Part shown: piece by piece, positions 1-8,564 of the stretch
How the letters are laid out: every line of letters begins with the position of its first letter
How positions within the stretch are numbered: position 1 is the stretch's first letter
NCBI GenBank assembly: GCA_964387675.1
Contig: CAYLWL010000003.1
Coordinates: forward strand, 6,436-70,435
From: an uncultured Candidatus Saccharibacteria bacterium
Lineage (GTDB): Bacteria; Patescibacteriota; Minisyncoccia; UBA6257; 2-01-FULL-56-20
DNA length: 64,000 nucleotides
Direction: 5' to 3'
Program-made: the position numbers and the translations under genes
Notes under the pieces: model-generated
What the model was told of the DNA's origin: nothing
The model's input: only the letters and a program-made list of their open reading frames with translations
Databases searched by the model: none

Positions 1-1
1 A

Positions 2-814
2 ATCACGGGGCACGTGCTGCTGCGCAACCGCGATCGGAGCGATTCGGTGGGGGTACGGAGCAATCCGTTCACGTTGCGGCAAGCGCTCGCTTCGCTTGTG
101 TTCCAAACTCCGGTGTTCGCCGAAGAGGTTCCTCGGGAAAAAGTTGAAGTCGAGAGGCGCCTCGCGCTTTCCGAGTTCGAATACGCGGATCCCGACAACG
201 ACGGCATTTACACCGCCACGATTACGATGCCGAACGTATACGGAGAATACGATATTGTCACTATCATTTCTTACAAAGATCCGGAACTCGGAACCCGACA
301 GATCATGCTTACGGCGGTCGTGGATCCCGAAGGGTATGTGTATGAAAAACAGGGAGGCAAGGAAGCCCGTATCGCGCAAGCCACTGTTTCGCTTTACTCG
401 CTCAATCCCGCGACAAATAAGTACGAATTGTGGCCGGCAGAGGAATACAGCCAGCACAATCCGCAAGTGACAGATATGAGCGGTTCATACGCCTTCCTGG
501 TTCCTCCGGGCAACTATTATCTTGCGGCAAAAGCTCCGGGCTACGCGAAGTATACCGGACAGCAGTTTTCCGTATCCGCGGGCAAAGAAGTACACCTCGC
601 GATCGAACTTCGCCCGCAAGGCATACTCCCCGGCGTCGATTGGGAAACGGCGGTTATCGTACTCGTGATTTTGCTCCTCGTTCTCAATTTCTTGATGGAT
701 CGCAGAAGAAATCGTCTTCCGCCACCCGAGCCGCCGCGATTTTATCCCCCCGCTTCCCAAGAGAAACCGCCGGAGATATATCCCAACGCCGACGGGACGC
801 GCCGGCCAATGTAA
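2..814 (+). CDS. Partial (5'-truncated by window edge) secreted/membrane protein with carboxypeptidase-regulatory-like beta-sandwich domain, C-terminal TM helix and Pro-rich tail
   Basis: Frame is open to the window start. The motif GSYAFLVPPGNYYLAAKAPGYAKY...VHLAIELRP is typical of CarboxypepD_reg-like domains. A hydrophobic stretch VIVLVILLLVL is followed by PPPEPPRFYPP. Confidence 0.45.
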   Translation: MTGHVLLRNRDRSDSVGVRSNPFTLRQALASLVFQTPVFAEEVPREKVEVERRLALSEFEYADPDNDGIYTATITMPNVYGEYDIVTIISYKDPELGTRQIMLTAVVDPEGYVYEKQGGKEARIAQATVSLYSLNPATNKYELWPAEEYSQHNPQVTDMSGSYAFLVPPGNYYLAAKAPGYAKYTGQQFSVSAGKEVHLAIELRPQGILPGVDWETAVIVLVILLLVLNFLMDRRRNRLPPPEPPRFYPPASQEKPPEIYPNADGTRRPM

Positions 815-860
815 TTATTAAAACCAAAGGTCTTTTGAAAAACTAACCCAACAAAACACT

Positions 861-1220
861 ATGGAAAAGAAAGCGTTAACGATCGCCGTGGCGATTCTTC
901 TCATCTTCGGGATATTCTCCGTTTCCCAATACTTCAAACTCCAGCGTGAACTGAAAAGCGCGCAGGCCGAGATTGCTCTCGTGAAGGAAGGCCCGTCGAG
1001 CATGGAGGTTCTCGACTTCGCGAGGGCGTTCGTCGAAAAAGTGCTTCGAGCCAAAGGAGAGGTGAGCTTCGAAACCCGGCTGCAGCTCGAGAACATGGTT
1101 CGGGATCTGAAAGACCGGGAATTGCTGGATCGGTGGAACGCGTTTGTTGAGAGCCAGACGGAAACCGAAGCCCAGGAGCAGGTGAAGCTTTTGCTCTCTC
1201 TCTTGCTGAAGAAGATATAA
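861..1220 (+). CDS. Small membrane-anchored hypothetical protein
   Basis: 119 aa ORF with an N-terminal TM helix (LTIAVAILLIFGIFSV) and a coiled-coil-like remainder. No recognisable family. Confidence 0.35.
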   Translation: MEKKALTIAVAILLIFGIFSVSQYFKLQRELKSAQAEIALVKEGPSSMEVLDFARAFVEKVLRAKGEVSFETRLQLENMVRDLKDRELLDRWNAFVESQTETEAQEQVKLLLSLLLKKI

Positions 1221-1229
1221 GATTGACCG

Positions 1230-2702
1230 ATGACACGTTTCTTCGAAATCCTTCCGGGAGCTCTCGCGTGGAGCACCCTAGTTTTGGTGATTGTTTTTTC
1301 GAGGGTTTTGCCCAGCTTTGTTTCTATTTTTATCATACTGTTCGACATTTACTGGCTTCTCAAAACCATATACCTCTCTCTTCATCTGCGAGCCACATTT
1401 ACGGCGATGAAGAAGAATATGAAGATCGACTGGGCAGAGCGTTTGCGAAGGATTCCGCGGTCGCAAGACCTTTACCATTTGATCATCTTGCCGATGTATA
1501 AGGAGCCCTACGAGGTGGTGCGGGAAAGCTTCGAGACCATCCTCGGCGCTCATTACCCGAAAGACAGATTTATCGTTGTTCTCGCCACGGAAGAGCAAGG
1601 AGGGAAAGAGGCGCAAGAAACCGCCAAAAAAATCGAGAAAGAATTCGGCGACGCGTTTTTCAAGTTTTTAGCGATCACGCACCCTGCCGGTCTTCCGGAA
1701 GAAATTCCCGGAAAGGGTTCGAACGAAACATGGGCCGGAAAAGAAGTGAAACGGCTTGTGGTTGATCCTTTGGGGCTGGATTACAAAAAGATACTTGTTT
1801 CCGTTTTCGACGTGGACACACAGGTGTTTCCGGAATACTTCGGACGGCTGGCGTATGTTTTTTTGACCTCGGAGAAACCCTTGCGCGCCATCTACCAGCC
1901 GGTACCGCTTTTCACGAACAACATTTATCGGGCGCCGGCTTTGGCGCGCGTCGTTTCGTTCTCCGCCACGTTTTGGCAGATGATGCAACAGTCGCGGCCG
2001 GAGCGGCTCACTTCTTTTTCTTCGCAGTCCATCCCTTTTCAGGTCTTGGTAGACATCGGTTTTTGGAACACGGACATCGTTTCCGAGGACTCCAGGATTT
2101 TTTGGCAGTGTTTTTTGCACTACGGCGGCGATTTTCGGGTGGAGCCGCTCTTGTACCCGGTTTCGATGGACGCGAACGTTGCCCCGACGTTTTGGGGCAC
2201 GATGAAAAATATTTACAAACAGCAGCGTCGCTGGGGCTGGGGCGTGGAGAACATTCCGTATATGCTCGATGGCTTCAGGAAAAATCCGAACATTTCCCCC
2301 GCTCAAAAGAGATACTGGACGTTCAATGTGCTTGAAGGGTTCCATTCGTGGGCGACGAATTCTTTGATGATCTTCGTGCTTGGCTGGCTGCCGCTCGCGC
2401 TCGGCGGGAAGAGTTTTAACTACACCCTGCTTTCATATAACTTGCCCCAAGTTACCCGGTATATCGTTACCATCTCGATGATTGGCGTGATGAGCTCGGC
2501 GGTTTTGGCGATTCTTTTACTGCCGCCGCGCCCTTCGTGGTTCAAGCCGAAACATTATCTTGTATATTTTTTGGAGTGGATACTGATTCCCATCACGATC
2601 AACGTATTCGGAGCTCTGCCGGGCCTTGAAGCGCAAACAAGGATGATGCTTGGAGGGAAGTTCAGATTGGGATTTTGGGTAACGCCAAAACATAGAGCTT
2701 AG
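1230..2702 (+). CDS. Family 2 glycosyltransferase, processive (cellulose-synthase-like) type, multi-TM
   Basis: 490 aa with N- and C-terminal TM segments. It has a QQRRW motif (QxxRW of processive GT2) and an acidic DxD-like region (FDVDTQ). Confidence 0.7.
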   Translation: MTRFFEILPGALAWSTLVLVIVFSRVLPSFVSIFIILFDIYWLLKTIYLSLHLRATFTAMKKNMKIDWAERLRRIPRSQDLYHLIILPMYKEPYEVVRESFETILGAHYPKDRFIVVLATEEQGGKEAQETAKKIEKEFGDAFFKFLAITHPAGLPEEIPGKGSNETWAGKEVKRLVVDPLGLDYKKILVSVFDVDTQVFPEYFGRLAYVFLTSEKPLRAIYQPVPLFTNNIYRAPALARVVSFSATFWQMMQQSRPERLTSFSSQSIPFQVLVDIGFWNTDIVSEDSRIFWQCFLHYGGDFRVEPLLYPVSMDANVAPTFWGTMKNIYKQQRRWGWGVENIPYMLDGFRKNPNISPAQKRYWTFNVLEGFHSWATNSLMIFVLGWLPLALGGKSFNYTLLSYNLPQVTRYIVTISMIGVMSSAVLAILLLPPRPSWFKPKHYLVYFLEWILIPITINVFGALPGLEAQTRMMLGGKFRLGFWVTPKHRA

Positions 2703-3192
2703 TAGGTGGTAAGTAGTAAGTAGTAGGTGGTAGAATCGAAATATGGCCGAAAAATTGAACATTAAATCCTATAGAGACCTAATCATCTGGCAGAGAACAA
2801 AATCTTCCGCTGTTTTGATATATAAAATAACCGAAAAGTTTCCTACATCCGAGCTTTACGGCATTACGAGCCAAATGCGTCGTGCTGCTGTTTCTATGCC
2901 ATCGAATATCGCAGAGGGATTTAGAAGAAAGTCGGTAAAAGAAAAATTACAATTTTTGCGTATGGCTTACGGATCTGGTGCCGAACTGGAAACTCAACTG
3001 GAAATTAGTCGCGATTTGGGATACTTGAGTGATCAGGATTATAAAAATCTATCTACTGAATTAGACCAGACCATGAAGATGATGAATAGAACAATTAACA
3101 CGCTGGAGAATTAGGTTTGATATAATGAAAGCATCCGGAAACCAATGAAAAAATCAGATTCTACCTACTACCTACTACTTACTACCTACTCG
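2702..3192. mobile_element. Inverted-repeat-bounded cassette carrying a four-helix-bundle gene (MITE-like/IVS-like element)
   Basis: Left arm GTAGGTGGTAAGTAGTAAGTAGTAGGTGGTAGAA (2702-2736). Its reverse complement TTCTACCTACTACCTACTACTTACTACCTAC lies at about 3157-3190. A solo arm copy sits inside uvrC at 57278-57303. Confidence 0.5.
2743..3114 (+). CDS. Four-helix-bundle protein (23S rRNA intervening-sequence protein family; Avd-like fold)
   Basis: 123 aa. Conserved N-terminal motifs L(I)IWQ..., MPSNIAEGF and GSGAELETQLEIS are typical of TIGR02436/PF05635 family proteins. Confidence 0.8.
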   Translation: MAEKLNIKSYRDLIIWQRTKSSAVLIYKITEKFPTSELYGITSQMRRAAVSMPSNIAEGFRRKSVKEKLQFLRMAYGSGAELETQLEISRDLGYLSDQDYKNLSTELDQTMKMMNRTINTLEN

Positions 3193-3963
3193 TCAAGGCG
3201 TGGTTTCACCCTGATCGAGCTCCTCATTTTTGCGGCAATTTTTGCCGGCATCATGATCGCTTTTATATCGATCCTGGTCGTCGTGACGGGCATAGAGGCG
3301 CGCCAGTCGTCGGTGGCCGAAGTGAATCAGCAAAGCCAGTTTCTCCTCCAGCAGATAGAACAGCTCACCGAACGGTCAAGCGTTATCGAATTGCCGGAGA
3401 ATACGGCGACGACCACTCTCATGTTACGGATGCCGTCGCCCTCTGAAGATCCAACCTACCTCACGCTTTCAGACGGGATAGTGTACTTACAGCAAGGCGC
3501 CGGTTCGCAGAATGCTCTTACCTCCAACAAAGTTGTTGTTTCATCGCTCACCTTTACCAAAAAATCCAACGCGCCGGGCCACGATTCGGTTTCCGTATCA
3601 TTCCTTGTGAGCTACAACAGCCAAAGCGTGAAACGGCAATTCTCCCAGACACTGAACACCGCGATCGCGAGGGTCTCGGCGGCCACGTTCGATTCAAACG
3701 TGATTCCTTCCTCGACGGCAACCTACGATCTTGGGGTATCATCCCAAATTTGGAGATCGATCAACAACAAGATTTATTTCAGTGGCTCGAACATAGGCAT
3801 CGGTGTTGTCTCCCCGAATGCTCTTCTCCAAGTGTCCGGCGGAGACGTCTATGTGGATACGGTCGGGAAGGGGATGATAGTACGCGCTCCGGACGGCGGA
3901 TGTTGGCGGATTACGGCCAAAAATGCCGGCGCTTATAATTCTGATTCAGTAGTTTGCCCGTAA
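3145..3963 (+). CDS. Type IV pilin-like protein (prepilin-type N-terminal cleavage/methylation domain)
   Basis: RRGFTLIELLIFAAIFAGIMIAF is a classic prepilin leader (G|FTLIE) plus hydrophobic helix. The annotated N-terminus (MKKSDSTYYLLLTTYSS) is encoded by the right IR arm of the upstream cassette, so the true start is uncertain. Confidence 0.65.
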   Translation: MKKSDSTYYLLLTTYSSRRGFTLIELLIFAAIFAGIMIAFISILVVVTGIEARQSSVAEVNQQSQFLLQQIEQLTERSSVIELPENTATTTLMLRMPSPSEDPTYLTLSDGIVYLQQGAGSQNALTSNKVVVSSLTFTKKSNAPGHDSVSVSFLVSYNSQSVKRQFSQTLNTAIARVSAATFDSNVIPSSTATYDLGVSSQIWRSINNKIYFSGSNIGIGVVSPNALLQVSGGDVYVDTVGKGMIVRAPDGGCWRITAKNAGAYNSDSVVCP

Positions 3964-4022
3964 GAAAAGGTCTGTGGATAACCAGACTTCCAAACGCCGC
4001 GCGAAGTTATACAATAAAAAAG

Positions 4023-4562
4023 ATGGGGTCTAAGAGTAACGTTATCGTAATAGTGGTCGCTGTGGCGGTGATGGCCCTTTTGGTTGTTTTCGGAGTCGTG
4101 TTGAAAAATAAAGGGGGCAACGAAGGGCCTTCTTTGGGGGACTCCGCCGTTTCAAGAGACGTCACCGTCACCAGAGAGCCCGCTCCGGCAAACGTTTTTG
4201 TTCCGAGCGCAGGCGCGAAAAACGTTCCCGCGAACGTCGCTGTCCCCAAAGCGATTTCCAAGAGCGGCCCTCTTAGCGACGCGAGTTATCGCAGTTTTAC
4301 CGTCGCGGCTGACGGCGGAAGGTTTATGCCCGATACCGTGATTGTCAAACAGGGAGATACCGTGGATCTGAATATTACCGCGGTAGACGGGGATTATGAT
4401 TTTACCCAGCCGGATTTCGGGTTCAAGACGGTTATCGCGAAAGCAACCACCCAAAACATTCAATTCCAAGCCACGGCGACCGGTCGATTTGCTTTCTACT
4501 GCTCCCTCTGTGGCGGGCCGTCACAAGGGCCTCTGGGCTACATCGTGGTAGTTCAAAAATAG
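4023..4562 (+). CDS. Membrane-anchored cupredoxin-like domain protein (CuA-like FYCSLCGG motif)
   Basis: The internal ATG at 4023 (MGSKSNVIVIVVAVAVMALLVV, a TM anchor) is the more plausible start than 3954. The C-terminal beta-rich domain ends with FYCSLCGGPSQGPLGYIVV, which resembles cupredoxin/CuA loops but lacks the full ligand set. Confidence 0.4.
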   Translation: MGSKSNVIVIVVAVAVMALLVVFGVVLKNKGGNEGPSLGDSAVSRDVTVTREPAPANVFVPSAGAKNVPANVAVPKAISKSGPLSDASYRSFTVAADGGRFMPDTVIVKQGDTVDLNITAVDGDYDFTQPDFGFKTVIAKATTQNIQFQATATGRFAFYCSLCGGPSQGPLGYIVVVQK

Positions 4563-4589
4563 CCGAATATGGTAGAGTAGGACATAAGC

Positions 4590-4889
4590 ATGGAGAATAA
4601 GTCTTCAAAAATGACAATTGATAAACTGGGAGAAATGAGCCAGCGGGAGTTTATCGCGATTCGTTCGGAAATGATGGACACGCGCGCAGAACTCAAAGAA
4701 GAGATACTTATATTAAGAGAAGATGTTTCTATTTTGCGTCGTGATATGGAAGCAGGTTTTCAGGGTTTAAGCGTGGGTATGAAAGAAATTATGATCAAAC
4801 TCAACGAAATTCAAGCTGATGTGATTGAAATTCACGATCTCCGCGGCAGGGTTGAGCGGCTGGAAAAGAAAGTCAGTTTATCAAACTAA
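4590..4889 (+). CDS. Hypothetical coiled-coil protein
   Basis: 99 aa and heptad-rich (ELKEEILILREDVSILRRDMEAG...). No family recognised. Confidence 0.4.
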   Translation: MENKSSKMTIDKLGEMSQREFIAIRSEMMDTRAELKEEILILREDVSILRRDMEAGFQGLSVGMKEIMIKLNEIQADVIEIHDLRGRVERLEKKVSLSN

Positions 4890-4922
4890 AGTAATAAAAA
4901 ATAAATTAAAATTTAAAAAATT

Positions 4923-5405
4923 ATGCTTCCTAAAAAAATCTTAATTCTACTCGTTGCCGCTGTCGTCGTAATCCTGGCGTTCGGCATCTGGCTCGGTTCG
5001 CTTATTTTGCGCGAGAAGAAAATTAATCCCGCGGGCTCTTCCCAATACTCCGCCGTGTATCTTACGACAGGCGACATTTACTTCGGCAAGCTTTCCTGGT
5101 TTCCGTATCCGCGGCTGAAGAACGTCTGGTTTTTGCAGAGATCGGTTGGCCAGAATAATCAAGTCCAGCTCGGCATCGGTCAATTCAACAACGCGTTCTG
5201 GAGTCCGGTGGACGAGGTTCGCTTAAACCCAAAGCAGATTATTTTGTGGGCGACTCTGCGGAATGACAGCCAGGTTATCAAAGTGTTCGACAATCCGAGC
5301 TTACTCCAGCAATCTTCTCCTTCCGCTGACGGAAGCGCGCCTCAGATTTCTCCTTCAACGAGCACCTTTAGCGGCCCATCGGGTCAGCCGCCAAGCAGAA
5401 ATTAG
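4923..5405 (+). CDS. Hypothetical membrane-anchored protein with Ser/Pro-rich C-terminus
   Basis: N-terminal TM helix (ILILLVAAVVVILAFGIWLGSLIL) and a low-complexity SP-rich tail. Confidence 0.4.
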   Translation: MLPKKILILLVAAVVVILAFGIWLGSLILREKKINPAGSSQYSAVYLTTGDIYFGKLSWFPYPRLKNVWFLQRSVGQNNQVQLGIGQFNNAFWSPVDEVRLNPKQIILWATLRNDSQVIKVFDNPSLLQQSSPSADGSAPQISPSTSTFSGPSGQPPSRN

Positions 5406-5477
5406 TCCGCCCACCAGGACTTGAACCTGGAACCGTCTCCTTAAGAGGGAGCTGCTCTGCCATTGAGCTATGGGCGG
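5406..5477 (-). tRNA. tRNA-Lys (anticodon CTT)
   Basis: Reverse complement folds as a cloverleaf. Acceptor CCGCCCA/TGGGCGG, D-stem GCTC/GAGC, anticodon loop CTCTTAA (anticodon CTT), T-arm CCAGG-TTCAAGT-CCTGG, discriminator A. No encoded CCA. Confidence 0.75.
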
Positions 5478-5520
5478 AAGATTATTTACTTCTTATATTG
5501 TAGTTTATAGAGCGAGCTTT

Positions 5521-5647
5521 TCTCTTTTCGAGAAGCTATCGGACCCAGCCGCAGCTTGGTCTCCGACCGGAGTCGGAGTGCGGCTGGGGAGATGCAGGCG
5601 CGTTCCGACCGCTGGAGTCGGAACGACGCCGGTTCTCGAAAAGAGAA
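5521..5647. repeat. GC-rich structured element, family D copy A, bounded by 14-bp inverted repeat
   Basis: TCTCTTTTCGAGAA at 5521-5534 pairs with TTCTCGAAAAGAGA at 5634-5647. The core CTTGGTCTCCGACCGGAGTCGGAGTG is shared in reverse orientation with the copy at 43486-43635. Confidence 0.5.
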
Positions 5648-5710
5648 ATGCGAGCGGAGTTATCCACAGCCCTCCCCAACCGATTTGTTATAATAATTCT
5701 AACGTAAGAA

Positions 5711-5950
5711 ATGAGCAAAAGAAACCTCGTCGTCCTTATCGTGGTTGTGGCAGTGGTCGCGGGAGCGCTCTATTGGTACTTTGTAATGAACAAAGGGGCT
5801 TTTGTCGCTCCCGAAGAGGCCGCACCCGCTCCCCAGACATTGGGCGGCGATATTTATGAAAAAAGCCAGAATCCCATTCAGGATAAAGTTCCAACGCTTG
5901 ATCCCGTTGCAAACCCCGTTCAAGGTCTCTATAAAAATCCATTTCAATAG
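5711..5950 (+). CDS. Small membrane protein (hypothetical)
   Basis: 79 aa, N-terminal TM helix (LVVLIVVVAVVAGALYWYFV). Confidence 0.35.
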   Translation: MSKRNLVVLIVVVAVVAGALYWYFVMNKGAFVAPEEAAPAPQTLGGDIYEKSQNPIQDKVPTLDPVANPVQGLYKNPFQ

Positions 5951-5956
5951 AAAACT

Positions 5957-8491
5957 ATGCAAAAGTCCATATCCTTCACAAATGCAAAATTTTGGATAGC
6001 CCTCTTTATCGTAGCGGGAGCTCTTTTGGCGAGCTACGCAATTTTAGCAGTCGCTCACGCGCAAACACAAACGAGCGAGCCGACCGACGAGGACGTCAAA
6101 GCAAGCGGTATCACTTTTCCGGTTCCAGAGCTTGGCAACTGCGGCAGTAAAGACGAATGTCGGAGTTACTGTAACGACCAAAGCAATATGGAGGCGTGTA
6201 TCAGCTTCGCCAAATCGCACGGTTTGATGAACAAAGACGAAGCGGAGCGTGCAGAGAAATTCAAAACGGCGTTGCGGGGAGGAACCACTCCTGGGGGGTG
6301 TACCAATCCCGGCCAGTGCCAGGCGTTCTGCGGTGATGTCAAGAATATGGAGGTGTGCGTCAAGTTTGCGGAAGAGCATGGCGTGAAAGACAAACACATC
6401 GAACAGGCAAAGAAAGTTTTAAACCATATCAAGTCGGGCGGCCAAACGCCGGGAGGGTGCGGTTCCGAACAAAGCTGTAAGCAGTATTGCAGTGATTTCA
6501 GCCATGCCGAAGAATGTTTCGAATTCGCCAAAAAGATCGGGATCGTGCAGGCGCGGGGGCAGGCAGGAGTTCGGGCCGGAGAAAGAGCGGGATTTGAAGA
6601 CGAAGAAATCCCCAACGAGGAGCAGTTCCAAAAATTCATTCAACTCGCGAAAAGCGGCGAGACGCCGGGTGGTTGTAAATCGAAAGATGCTTGCGAGTCC
6701 TATTGTCAAGGCGGAAACCACATGGAAGAATGCGTCGCTTTCGGCGAGAAAGTTGGCTTTGTTTCTGCCGAAGAGGCCCAGATGATGAGAAAGTCCGGCG
6801 GCAAAGGGCCGGGGGGATGCAACAGCCGCGAATCCTGCGAATCTTTCTGTAATGATCCAGCGCATCAAGAAGAGTGTTTCAAGTTCGCTGAAGAGCATGG
6901 ATTTGTGAAGCACGAAGAGGTGCAGAGAACGAAAGAAGGGTTTGTGCGTTTGCGCGCGGGTCTTGAGCAAGCGCCTCCGGAGGTTGCGGAGTGTTTGAAA
7001 GCGGCCGTGGGGGAAAACGTTCTCGACAATATCCAATCCGGACAGATTACTCCGGGTCCCGAAATCGGCAACAGCGTGAAGGGTTGTTTCGATAAGTTTG
7101 GCCACCAGAGCGGTTCTCGCCAGCTCTTCAAGGACGCGCCGCCGGAAGTTTCCACTTGTCTCAAAGAAAAACTGGGGAGTGAGTTTGCAAAGGTGCAATC
7201 AGGGGAGAGCATGCCGAGCCCGGAAACGGCAGACACGCTCCGAGTTTGTTTCCAGCAGGCGCAATTTGAAAAAGGCGGATTCCAGTTTGGCGGCCCGCAA
7301 GGTCAGGGTGACGAGCGGGGTCAACCGCAAGGCGGACAAGGCGGTTTTCCGCCCGCGCCCGGTGAACGAGGTCAAGGTTTTAGCGCTCCTTCAGCAGGAC
7401 AATTCTTGCGGAATGCTCCTCCCGGGGTCTCAACTTGTCTTAAGGAAAAACTTGGCGACAAACTCGAGGCGATACAATCCGGAGGAGAACAGCCGGGTCC
7501 GGAGTTTGGTCAGACGCTAAAATCCTGCTTCCAGGAATTCAATCCTCAAAACGATAGAATGCCGCCTCCTCGTCCCGATGAACAGCGCGGCGGTCAAGGA
7601 GGCGAGGGGAGTGGTTTTCTTCCCGCGCCCGGCGAGCGTGGTCAACAGGGTGGTTTTGAACAAGGCCAAGGGGGCTTCCGGGGAGAAGGACAGTTCGAAC
7701 AAGGCGGCGAACAACCGCTTTTCAACAAGAGGCCGTACCCTCAATCGGTGCCATCATTTAACACGCCATCTCCGTATCCAAGGCCTCCCGTCGGCAGTGA
7801 GCAGTATCCCTCTCCCGCTGGCGGCTACAGTTCAGACCCGACTACTGGTTGCGTTCAAGCCGGCGGAAAGTGGGACGTTGCAACAAAGCATTGTGAGATG
7901 CCAAGCACATCGCCAAGTACAGTTCCCAGCGGCGGCTACAGTTCAGACCCAGCCACCGGTTGCGCTCAAGCAGGTGGAAGGTGGGATACCGCGACAAAAC
8001 ACTGTGAGATGCCAGCGAGCACGACATCGCCGAGTAGCCAACCTTCACCGTCAAGCGGCACTCCTCCGCCAAGCGGCGGTTACAGTTCCGACCCGGCTAC
8101 CGGTTGCGCTCAAGCCGGCGGAACATGGGATACGTCGACGAATTACTGCAAAATGCCGGGGAGCACGTCGCCAACTCCAACGAGCGGCACAACTCAACCG
8201 TCAACGACCGATACGCACAGCTGTCCCTCCGGCCAATACTGGAACGGATCCACTTGTATGAGTTCTACGAATACAAGCGGAGGCACAACATATCCGCAGC
8301 CATCTACGTATGAACAACCATCCACATATCAACAACCATCTTTATATCAACAGCCGACAACTCAATCATACCCAAGCGGCGGCAGTTACACTCCTCCTCC
8401 GTCGGACTCCGGTTCCGGAAGCTATACTCAGCCACCTCCACCGCCCCCGGGAGGAAACTTGTTCCAGATTTTCAAGTGGATAGTGCGATAA
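5957..8491 (+). CDS. Large secreted Cys-rich repeat protein (six 4-Cys ~45-aa repeats, Gly/Gln-rich linker, three 2-Cys GGYSSDPATGC repeats, Pro/Thr/Ser-rich tail)
   Basis: 844 aa with an N-terminal TM/signal (FWIALFIVAGALLASYAILAVAHA). It has six repeats of TPGGCxxxxxCxxYCxDxxxMEECxxFAxxHG, then a low-complexity GQG/PAPGERGQ region, then three repeats of GGYSSDPATGCAQAGGxWDTATKHCEMP. Confidence 0.6.
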   Translation: MQKSISFTNAKFWIALFIVAGALLASYAILAVAHAQTQTSEPTDEDVKASGITFPVPELGNCGSKDECRSYCNDQSNMEACISFAKSHGLMNKDEAERAEKFKTALRGGTTPGGCTNPGQCQAFCGDVKNMEVCVKFAEEHGVKDKHIEQAKKVLNHIKSGGQTPGGCGSEQSCKQYCSDFSHAEECFEFAKKIGIVQARGQAGVRAGERAGFEDEEIPNEEQFQKFIQLAKSGETPGGCKSKDACESYCQGGNHMEECVAFGEKVGFVSAEEAQMMRKSGGKGPGGCNSRESCESFCNDPAHQEECFKFAEEHGFVKHEEVQRTKEGFVRLRAGLEQAPPEVAECLKAAVGENVLDNIQSGQITPGPEIGNSVKGCFDKFGHQSGSRQLFKDAPPEVSTCLKEKLGSEFAKVQSGESMPSPETADTLRVCFQQAQFEKGGFQFGGPQGQGDERGQPQGGQGGFPPAPGERGQGFSAPSAGQFLRNAPPGVSTCLKEKLGDKLEAIQSGGEQPGPEFGQTLKSCFQEFNPQNDRMPPPRPDEQRGGQGGEGSGFLPAPGERGQQGGFEQGQGGFRGEGQFEQGGEQPLFNKRPYPQSVPSFNTPSPYPRPPVGSEQYPSPAGGYSSDPTTGCVQAGGKWDVATKHCEMPSTSPSTVPSGGYSSDPATGCAQAGGRWDTATKHCEMPASTTSPSSQPSPSSGTPPPSGGYSSDPATGCAQAGGTWDTSTNYCKMPGSTSPTPTSGTTQPSTTDTHSCPSGQYWNGSTCMSSTNTSGGTTYPQPSTYEQPSTYQQPSLYQQPTTQSYPSGGSYTPPPSDSGSGSYTQPPPPPPGGNLFQIFKWIVR

Positions 8492-8505
8492 GGAAGATAA
8501 ACCAC

Positions 8506-8535
8506 AAACCGCTCTCGAAGAGAGCGGTTTGTGTG
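8506..8535. terminator. Bidirectional rho-independent terminator between convergent genes
   Basis: Hairpin AAACCGCTCTC-gaa-GAGAGCGGTTT followed by a T-rich tract. A-rich on the opposite side, serving the minus-strand peptidase gene. Confidence 0.5.
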
Positions 8536-8564
8536 TTTTCGTTATTCAATCTGTTTGTGCGACG

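Noticed and set aside
5470-5859. 129-aa plus-strand ORF downstream of tRNA-Lys
   Set aside because: It spans the GC-rich inverted-repeat element (5521-5647) and then runs antisense or overlapping into the small membrane gene. The composition is Arg/Gly-rich, and it is better explained as a non-coding structured element.
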